Position numbers and translations under genes: made by a program. Below, piece by piece: positions 55,105-62,187 of a stretch of 64,000 bases of DNA. Every line of letters starts with the position of its first letter. Positions within the stretch are counted from its first letter, which is position 1. This DNA is from an uncultured Pseudomonadales bacterium (GTDB lineage Bacteria; Pseudomonadota; Gammaproteobacteria; Pseudomonadales; JAHEIH01): positions 84,440 to 148,439 of the forward strand of contig CAZRAM010000006.1 of the NCBI GenBank assembly GCA_964598145.1, read 5' to 3'. The notes below the pieces were generated by a model. That model searched no databases. It had not been told where the DNA came from and worked only from the letters and a program-made list of their open reading frames with translations.

Positions 55105-57309
55105 ATGAACGACGCTGACGATTCTGAACTTACAATGCGCCGCCGATGGCCACTGGTACTCGTGCTGGTGGTCGGTCTTGGCGCTTCTATATTTGCCGCC
55201 CAGCAACAACATCTTGCCAATCAAGAAACGACCCGCAAGGCGTTTGCAGGCACCGTGCGCCAGTTTGTCCAACTGCGCAAACAAGCGTTCCGCCAGCAGT
55301 TCATTGTACTCAACTCAGTCAACGCCTTACTAAGTTCGCGTTTAGTCGATGCTAGCGCGAGTTCTGCAGCACGCGAATTATTAGACTATCTCAGCTTGCG
55401 AGACATCGATCGTGAGTTTTCCGGAGTTTATGGGATAGGTCTGATTGAGCGGGTCGCGGCGGAGAATGAAGCGGACTTTACTGCCCAAATGCGTTTGATC
55501 CATGGGTCTTCGTTTGCTATCCGCTCGCTTCAACAAAACCCAGCTTATACCGGTGATAAGTGGGTTGTCACTGCCTCTTACCCAGAGCGCAACAAAGCCG
55601 CGGTTGGCCTAGATATCACGTCAGAAAAAACACGCCTGGGGCCGGTCAGTGAAATACTGCAGGGCTATACCCCTAACGATAGCGGTATAAATGCAACTAA
55701 AGCCATCGACTTGGTGCAAATCGATGGCGACCTAGTGTCGGGATTTTTGATCTATCGTGCTATCGGCAATGCGGGCCCAGAGTTACAGCGCATTGCCTAT
55801 GTGGTGATTAACTTTGAACACATCGGTCATTCCTTGCTGAAGCCATACCTCGACCGAGGCATCAATCATCCCTTTGAACTGTTTATTTTTGACGATGCCA
55901 CCGATAGCTGTTTGTTTTCATTTACCGTAGCTGAGGGTTTCGCATCTCACTGCCCGGAAGACTTTCAACGCAATCAATCTCGCTATGAAATCTCTGATCT
56001 ACACACGATGCGTAATTTTTACAGCGTCATGCGCCCAACGGCTGAATTTACCGATAGCCTGGGGTTAACGAGCCCTTGGGCGGTACTTTTATAGGGTCTA
56101 GCAGCGACCTTCGCTATTTTAGCGGGCACCTTAGTGCTGTATAAGCAGCGCACTCTGCTGGCGCAAATGGTTGAAGAGCGCACCCAGGAATTAACACTTA
56201 AAACGCGAGAGTCGCTCATGGCTGAGCGCGCTAAGGATGAATTTCTTACCAAAATGAGTCACGAACTGCGCACGCCATTAAACGGTATTTTTGGTGCCAT
56301 TCAGATGTTTCAGATGCGCAAAATTGACCCGGAGTGGACCCAGGCGCTCAATGTGGCCGACAAGTCTGCGCGTCACCTGTTGGCGCTGGTGGACGAGATG
56401 ACCGAGTTGGATATGATTCGTCAGCGCCGTGTCCATCTGACCTTGACGTCTTTTAATATTCGTTCATCGCTTGAAATGGTGCGCGCCTTATTGGCGGATA
56501 AGGCCAAATTGAAAAATCTCATCCTCAGTGTTCAGGTTGATGAGTCTGTGCCAGATATAGTCATTGGTGACCAGCGCCGCGTGCAACAAGTCCTCATCAA
56601 TCTTTTGGAAAATGCCATCCACTTTACGTCGCAGGGGCAAGTACACTGCGAAGTCAGTGTGCTTAATTTGGAAGCGAGCCGGGTCACACTGCAGTTCAAT
56701 ATAACCGATACTGGGCATGGCATGAGCAAAGAGCAGCAGCGCCAGGTACACGCGTTGGCGGACGAGCGTCGTTTCGATTTACAAAACACCTCGTTGTTAC
56801 CAGGGCTTGGGCTGCGTATTGTCAACGAGTTACTGCACTTAATGGGAGGTAAGCTCGCGTTGACCTCAACCCTTGGCATCGGTACGCAAGTAAAATTTGC
56901 GCTGGGCTTTGCCCTAGATACCAGTAGTGCCGACACCGCGATAACCTATTTAGCGCCACTGTCGAGCAAACAAAAGATTTTAGTACTCAGTAGAGACAAC
57001 GCCATCGATCTCGATGAAGGCGTCCTGGGCGGCAGTATTTCCTATTTCCAAAATGTTGATGAGATACAGCAGACGATAGCCCAAGCGGCACATTTAAGTG
57101 CCGTGCTTGTGGATATTGATAGCGATATCGACGCCTTACTCGCCTTGGCAGGAAGTGAGAATTCATACCGCACAATTGCATGCGTGAGTGATGACAATAA
57201 GGCGATGCGTATTAAAGCGTACGCGCAGGGGGTTACTGATATATTGCTGAAACCCGTGGATAGCCACGCGCTGCTGAGTATGTTGCACCCCAACGATAAC
57301 GAGCATTAA
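55105..57309 (+). pseudogene. CHASE-domain hybrid sensor histidine kinase interrupted by a single in-frame TAG (56092-56094)
   Basis: ORFs 55105-56094 and 56134-57309 are in the same frame. Part 1 is TM1 plus a periplasmic CHASE-like domain. The codons just after the TAG encode GLAATFAILAGTLVLY, which is TM2. Part 2 has H-box SHELRTPLNGI, N-box NLLENAIHFT, G-boxes DTGHGM and GLGLRI, and a receiver-like C-terminus (VLVDID...LLKP). Confidence 0.65.
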
Positions 57310-57454
57310 ACGAGATTTTTGCGAAATATTTTAAAATCATCATCTAAAAATCATGAACCTCGATGAGATTTGTTGCAGATTAATGAGGCCTCTAAGCGCT
57401 GGCCCTAGTTTTAGGGTTAAGCGTTAAACATTCAACGTCAAAAGGAGAGATGTG

Positions 57455-57799
57455 ATGTTTATGAAGCCTGCCGTGTTGTTTGCTGCACTTGCCAGCCTTA
57501 CCCTGGCTACCCCAGTGGCCTCTGCGGAAAAATCCTACACCTATCAAGGTGATCGAAGCGCCAAAAAGATATGCCGTGCCATCGTTCGTGATAAACCCAA
57601 ACAATTGCGTATTCATCTGATGCGAGCTGCGCAGTTTAATGCGATACCTTATCGCACCATCCACAATGAGTACGCCTGTAATGATTTGGCGTTAATCGAT
57701 TTCGCCTATGAAGTTGAAGCAGTGCATACCATTACGTATTTGAAGTCTCGCGGGGCGGTCAGAACGCGTGTCACAATGGAAGAACTTGCGGCTTTATAA
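57455..57799 (+). CDS. Small secreted two-cysteine protein, paralog 1 (possibly DUF3718-like)
   Basis: AAGGAGAG 7 nt upstream of ATG 57455. Signal peptide ends VASA. Shares the core AKK(I/V)C...RAA.F..IPY..(I/V)HN.Y.CND..LIDFA with paralogs 2 and 3. Confidence 0.75.
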   Translation: MFMKPAVLFAALASLTLATPVASAEKSYTYQGDRSAKKICRAIVRDKPKQLRIHLMRAAQFNAIPYRTIHNEYACNDLALIDFAYEVEAVHTITYLKSRGAVRTRVTMEELAAL

Positions 57800-57830
57800 G
57801 TCATTACTTGCCATTGCTGTTGTGTTATTA

Positions 57831-57853
57831 AAGCCAGTTTTACTGGCTTTTTT
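57831..57853 (+). terminator. Rho-independent terminator after paralog 1
   Basis: AAGCCAG / CTGGCTT 7-bp stem with a 5-nt loop, followed by a T-run. Confidence 0.7.
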
Positions 57854-58242
57854 GTTTTCTTTTGCAAAGTTGTTTTAATTGTTTTTTGTTTGTAATAGCT
57901 AAGGTTTATTTTCGTAATTGGGGTGTGAAAATAATTAATTTTTATATTTCTTTTTGCTATTTTTAACTTGCATTTTGTTATTTGGGTTTTTTAAAAATGC
58001 AAATAAAAACAGTGCCTTGTGTTTGGTTTTTGGTTTTTTGTTTCTTTTTTGTTGTCATTTTTTTTGCTTATTAATTTTTCGAAAATACAGATCAAAATAT
58101 TTATAAGATAAATGTTGTTTGGTGTCGTATACCTATACATATCGCTCGGGTGATCCCCGAGTTCTGATAACTTCACTAAGCGTGATACGGAGGCACGCAG
58201 TGGCATAGGTTGATTTTTAATTTTTCTTAAAAGGATATTGTT

Positions 58243-58587
58243 ATGATCAAATCATTAGGTATTTTTGCGACTGCAGCGACGCTTTCAATGACGGCTATGC
58301 AGGTTTCAGCTGGGGGTATGGATGTTCACTACAAAGGCCACCAACCCGCTAAAAAAGTATGTATGTCGATTGTTGACGACGACGCCATGACGTTAAAGTT
58401 TGCCCTTAAACGTGCTGCTGCCTTTAGTCCTATTCCCTACAGTAAGGTACACAATTACTACTCGTGTAACGACATGAAGCTAATCGATTTTGCCTACTCG
58501 ATGGAGGCGGAAGAGGTAAAAGCCTACCTCAAACGCAAAGGTGAAATTGGATCGCATGTTGAGATGCAGGAGTTGGCGTCTAGATAA
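58243..58587 (+). CDS. Small secreted two-cysteine protein, paralog 2
   Basis: 114 aa with AAGGA upstream and a signal peptide ending QVSA. Conserved core as in paralogs 1 and 3. Confidence 0.75.
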   Translation: MIKSLGIFATAATLSMTAMQVSAGGMDVHYKGHQPAKKVCMSIVDDDAMTLKFALKRAAAFSPIPYSKVHNYYSCNDMKLIDFAYSMEAEEVKAYLKRKGEIGSHVEMQELASR

Positions 58588-58616
58588 ATGCGTTAAATAT
58601 GATGAATGCATGATGA

Positions 58617-58646
58617 GGGTCAGCACTGCTGACCCTTTTTGTTTTT
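58617..58646 (+). terminator. Rho-independent terminator after paralog 2
   Basis: Perfect 8-bp stem GGGTCAGC/GCTGACCC with a 3-nt loop, followed by TTTTTGTTTTT. Confidence 0.85.
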
Positions 58647-58844
58647 AAGTTGTTGATTAATATCGGTAAAAAATAATCACCAAAAAGTGCGGAAATCATC
58701 ATTTTTTCATCATGCGTTATTTTTAGATCCTGACATGATGATTAGCAAGTCACGGCGCTTGGTAATTTTTAGGTTGCGCAGGTGACACAAGGAAACGTTA
58801 TCTAGACGTTGAAAAAGTAAAATTGTCCTAGAAGGAATTTCGCC

Positions 58845-59186
58845 ATGTTTACTAAATTAGGAATGATTGCCGCCGTAGCAGCCTTAACCCTTGCCACTAC
58901 TCATGCTAACGCCGCCCAGGACGTCGTATACAAAGGCGACCAGAATGCTAAGAAAGTGTGTATGTCGATTGTTAGCGATGATGCAAAAGCTCTGAAAAGC
59001 TCTTTAAAAAGAGCGGCTTATTTTAGCCCCATCCCTTATCGCACTATTCACAACTACTACAGCTGCAATGACCTGGCGCTGATTGATTTTGCCCATGAAA
59101 TGGATGCGCAAAATTCGGTTGCTTATCTGCATACGCGTGGTGCTGTAGGTACACGTGTAACCATGGAAGAAGTGGCTTCTCGCTAA
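58845..59186 (+). CDS. Small secreted two-cysteine protein, paralog 3
   Basis: 113 aa with GAAGGA upstream and a signal peptide ending HANA. Conserved core as in paralogs 1 and 2. Confidence 0.75.
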   Translation: MFTKLGMIAAVAALTLATTHANAAQDVVYKGDQNAKKVCMSIVSDDAKALKSSLKRAAYFSPIPYRTIHNYYSCNDLALIDFAHEMDAQNSVAYLHTRGAVGTRVTMEEVASR

Positions 59187-59226
59187 GTACTCCTTCCTAT
59201 ATAGCTAAACGTCCTCGGGACAATAC

Positions 59227-59250
59227 AGGCCAGCATTTGCTGGCCTTTTT
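59227..59250. terminator. Terminator hairpin between paralog 3 and the convergent GH13 gene
   Basis: Perfect 8-bp stem AGGCCAGC/GCTGGCCT with a 4-nt loop, followed by TTTTT on the + strand. It lies in the 67-nt gap between convergent stops. Confidence 0.8.
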
Positions 59251-59253
59251 CGT

Positions 59254-61122
59254 TTAACGAACGAATTCGAAAATTTCGCCATCCATCGGCGCAATGCTTG
59301 CGCTAAGACGCCCTTGTCCGCTACTGACCAGCAAGGTTGCTTGACTTCCCCCTAGCTGCCCGCGGAGGCTGTGACGCCCCTCAGCGAGGCCAAGAGCCGC
59401 AATCGTCTCTGCGGGAATGATCAATTCATTCGTCCAGGCTTGGTGACGATCAAAGTTACTCATGACGATCCAGCGTTGCTCGCTGTGATCTAGGAGGTAG
59501 GCCACCTGGCTTTCGCCCGCGTGGAGCTTGGTCGTGGTGCCAAAGGGGGCGGCGGCGTCTTGCACAGTATGGAACAGCTTGCTGTACCAATGGCGCAGGC
59601 CGGCTTGTTCTGCATTTAATCGGCCACCGTCGAAGGCGCCATCGTTCATCCACGCTTGAATAGAAGGCACGCCCCAGTAGTCGAAGATGGTGGTGTCAAA
59701 CCACGTACCTTCCTCTAATCCGCCAAAGCCTGCGTTACCTTCAGCGCGTTCGCCTAGCTCCTGACCGAAGTACAACATAATTGGTCCGCTGTGCAGAGTG
59801 GCGGCCGTGATCATGGCGGGCTTACCCATCTGAGCATCGCCGGCGAAGCCCTCGCTAGCGAGGCGACGTTCATCGTGGTTTTCTAAGAAACGCAACAGTT
59901 GGCCTTGGATATCGGCGAGGCCTTGGTTGATGTCGAACAGTTGTTGGGTATGACCACTGCCTTGCATAATGGCGTACAGTGTATCGTATTGCCCGACCTT
60001 GTCGTAGAGGAAATCCATCTTGCCGAGGTTAATGTAGTCTCGATAAATACTGGGGGTATAAATTTCAGCCAGTAAAAAGGCCTCGGGATTGCGCAGTTTA
60101 ATGGCGCTATTTAAATAGCTCCACACTTCGACAGGCACTAGCTCGGCAACATCAAAGCGAAAACCATCCACGCCTTTGTCGAGCCAAAACAGCACGATGT
60201 CGCGATATTTACGCCATGAATCTGGCACGTCAACGGTGGCCCAAAAGGCGGCGTGTTCGGCGATGCCCTTGTCGGCAAAATCGGCCGGCAGGGTGGGGAA
60301 GTCGTAGCTGCCGTCGGGTTTTACGCCGTAATTGATGCGAACCGTTTCGTACCAATCCCACACGCCGGGTTTGGCGGCTCGCGCCCCGTTACCCGTCCAT
60401 TTGGCGGGCACCTCGTTAAATTGTCCATCCAGCAAGGGGTGGCCGGCTTCACCGAGGTCGCGGTAGGGCTTTTCTGGGACCTCAAAGGCCTGACCGGGGA
60501 CATAGTAGAAATTGTTGTCGCGTGCATACGCCACACTGCTATCGTCGTTGGCGCCAAAGTCGCTGACGCCTTCAGGTTTGCCCAGGGATTGATAGTGTCG
60601 CGCGACGTGGTTGGGCACGATGTCGATGATAACCTTCATGCCATGGCGGTGGGTCCGCTCGACTAGCGCTTCAAATTCTGCCATGCGATTGTCGACATCC
60701 ACCGCGAGATCGGGCGCTACTTGGTAATAGTCCTTAACAGCATAGGGCGATCCCGCGCGCCCTTTTACCACATCGGGATCATCCTGACTGATGCCAAAGG
60801 CGGTATAATCGGTAACCGTAGCGTGATGCAGGATACCTGTGTACCAAATATGGGTAATCCCAAGTTCTGCCAAACTTTCCAGCGCGGCATCGTTGATGTC
60901 ATTAAATTTACCTACACCGTTTTCCTCGATCGTGCCCCAAGCCTTGTTGGTGGTTGTTTTATTACCAAATAGGCGGGTAAACATTTGATACACGATGGGC
61001 TTCTGATAGTGCGACTCATTCATTGTGATGGTTTCTTCAGGTTGGCTGCAGGCTGATAAAAAGCACAGACAGATAATAGCCAAAGTGCATTTTTGGAATG
61101 AAAGCATGTTGTACCTTTGCAT
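59254..61122 (-). CDS. Glycoside hydrolase family 13 (alpha-amylase family) lipoprotein
   Basis: 622 aa with lipobox FLSAC. GH13 conserved regions VIIDIVPNHV, GFRFDVAELV, FLLAEIY and RFLENHDERR. Confidence 0.88.
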   Translation of the reverse strand: MQRYNMLSFQKCTLAIICLCFLSACSQPEETITMNESHYQKPIVYQMFTRLFGNKTTTNKAWGTIEENGVGKFNDINDAALESLAELGITHIWYTGILHHATVTDYTAFGISQDDPDVVKGRAGSPYAVKDYYQVAPDLAVDVDNRMAEFEALVERTHRHGMKVIIDIVPNHVARHYQSLGKPEGVSDFGANDDSSVAYARDNNFYYVPGQAFEVPEKPYRDLGEAGHPLLDGQFNEVPAKWTGNGARAAKPGVWDWYETVRINYGVKPDGSYDFPTLPADFADKGIAEHAAFWATVDVPDSWRKYRDIVLFWLDKGVDGFRFDVAELVPVEVWSYLNSAIKLRNPEAFLLAEIYTPSIYRDYINLGKMDFLYDKVGQYDTLYAIMQGSGHTQQLFDINQGLADIQGQLLRFLENHDERRLASEGFAGDAQMGKPAMITAATLHSGPIMLYFGQELGERAEGNAGFGGLEEGTWFDTTIFDYWGVPSIQAWMNDGAFDGGRLNAEQAGLRHWYSKLFHTVQDAAAPFGTTTKLHAGESQVAYLLDHSEQRWIVMSNFDRHQAWTNELIIPAETIAALGLAEGRHSLRGQLGGSQATLLVSSGQGRLSASIAPMDGEIFEFVR

Positions 61123-61224
61123 TGAACGGTGATTCAGTTGTTATGTTTGTATAGAGCACGTTCGTTTTAGAATGACACAATGCGTTGTGTTGATAAAATT
61201 TATGCAATCGTATGTTTTAGGGGC

Positions 61225-61255
61225 AAAAAAAATCACCGCATGGCGGTGATTTTTT
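61225..61255 (-). terminator. Bidirectional-type terminator downstream of slyD
   Basis: Perfect 8-bp stem ATCACCGC/GCGGTGAT with a 3-nt loop. It is flanked by an A-run on one side and a T-run on the other, so a U-run follows the hairpin on the slyD strand. Confidence 0.85.
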
Positions 61256-61265
61256 GCGCGTGGGC

Positions 61266-61751
61266 TTAGTGGTGGTGACCACCGGGACCGTGCACATGGC
61301 CGTGTTGCAGTTCTTCTTCAGACGCTTCGCGAATCGACTCGATCGTCACGTCGAAGTTTAAGTGTTTACCTGCAAGAGGGTGGTTGCCGTCAACAGTCAC
61401 GGTGTCGCCTTCGATGGCGGTGATAGTTACGGGTACTCGACCGCCATCTTGGGTGGCCGCTTCAAATTGCATACCCACTTCGAGTTCAGGCGCACCCTGG
61501 AAGGCGGCCTTGGGTACTTGTTGGATCATCTCGGGGATCATTTCACCGTAGCCTTCAGCGGGAGCCACCTTAACTTGGAGGTTGTCACCCACGTTTTTGC
61601 CAACCAGTTCTTTTTCCAGACCTGGGATGATGTTACCGGCGCCGTGCAAGTAGTGCAGTGGCTCGCCACCCGCAGAACTGTCGATGGTGTTGCCGTCGTC
61701 GTCGGTCAGCGTGTAGTGAAACGCTACAACGCTGTTTTCAGAAATAGTCAT
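61266..61751 (-). CDS. slyD: FKBP-type peptidyl-prolyl isomerase SlyD with short His-rich tail
   Basis: Start set at ATG 61751 (MTISENSVVAFHYTLTDDDG, typical SlyD N-terminus; GAGG 7 nt upstream). IF-domain insertion. C-terminus is HGHVHGPGGHHH. Confidence 0.9.
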   Translation of the reverse strand: MTISENSVVAFHYTLTDDDGNTIDSSAGGEPLHYLHGAGNIIPGLEKELVGKNVGDNLQVKVAPAEGYGEMIPEMIQQVPKAAFQGAPELEVGMQFEAATQDGGRVPVTITAIEGDTVTVDGNHPLAGKHLNFDVTIESIREASEEELQHGHVHGPGGHHH

Positions 61752-61929
61752 GATAGTACCTCGTTTGAATGATCCGATAGTATGGAGGAATTGGGCATAA
61801 ATTTCCATGCTGTAACGCATGAAGGCTTTGCGAGGATGCGGGTACGACTTTTGGGTGAGGAGTTTAGTTGTCCTAAATGACGAGCCCAAAAGTTGGACTC
61901 AACGAAAAAATAGCGACGTAGTTAGCTTC

Positions 61930-61963
61930 AAAAAAAAGGGCCCCATAAGGAGCCCAAAAAAAA
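61930..61963 (-). terminator. Orphan Rho-independent terminator (U8-hairpin-U8 on the minus strand) upstream of slyD
   Basis: GGGCCCC/GGAGCCC 7-bp stem with one mismatch and a 4-nt loop, flanked by A8 on both sides of the + strand. No annotated gene ends here. Confidence 0.6.
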
Positions 61964-62187
61964 TCGCTGGGTTCACTGCACATAAACTCAGCTTTCACGG
62001 AAACAGTAACAACACAGATATACAACCGGTTGCACATGTGAGTACTTTACCAGTATTATCTTGTAAGTCAATTAAAAAATATTCAAAAAAGTTGAAGATT
62101 TTGTAATTCAGTTACATTTTGACTCTCCTTTGTGTTAACTCGAATCGGTTGGCGCATACATTACATAGACAGATATGGAGTTTCGTT

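Noticed and set aside
57997-58074. 25-codon + strand mini-ORF MQIKTVPCVWFLVFCFFFVVIFFAY, which resembles a type I toxin-like hydrophobic peptide.
   Set aside because: T-rich DNA automatically encodes Phe, Val and Leu. There is no Shine-Dalgarno upstream and no flanking promoter or terminator signals that I could see. It would be worth revisiting only if ribosome profiling shows translation.
57991-58206. 71-aa minus-strand ORF in the AT-rich spacer, with a low-complexity K/N/I-rich sequence.
   Set aside because: It is a product of A-rich sequence, with no Shine-Dalgarno and no resemblance to a protein family. The region is treated as non-coding.
61867-62037. 57-codon minus-strand ORF starting at the ATG inside CACATGTG, which would be leaderless if the predicted promoter is real.
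   Set aside because: It reads straight through the U8-hairpin-U8 terminator, has no Shine-Dalgarno and has an implausible sequence. The region is treated as a candidate non-coding RNA or leader instead.
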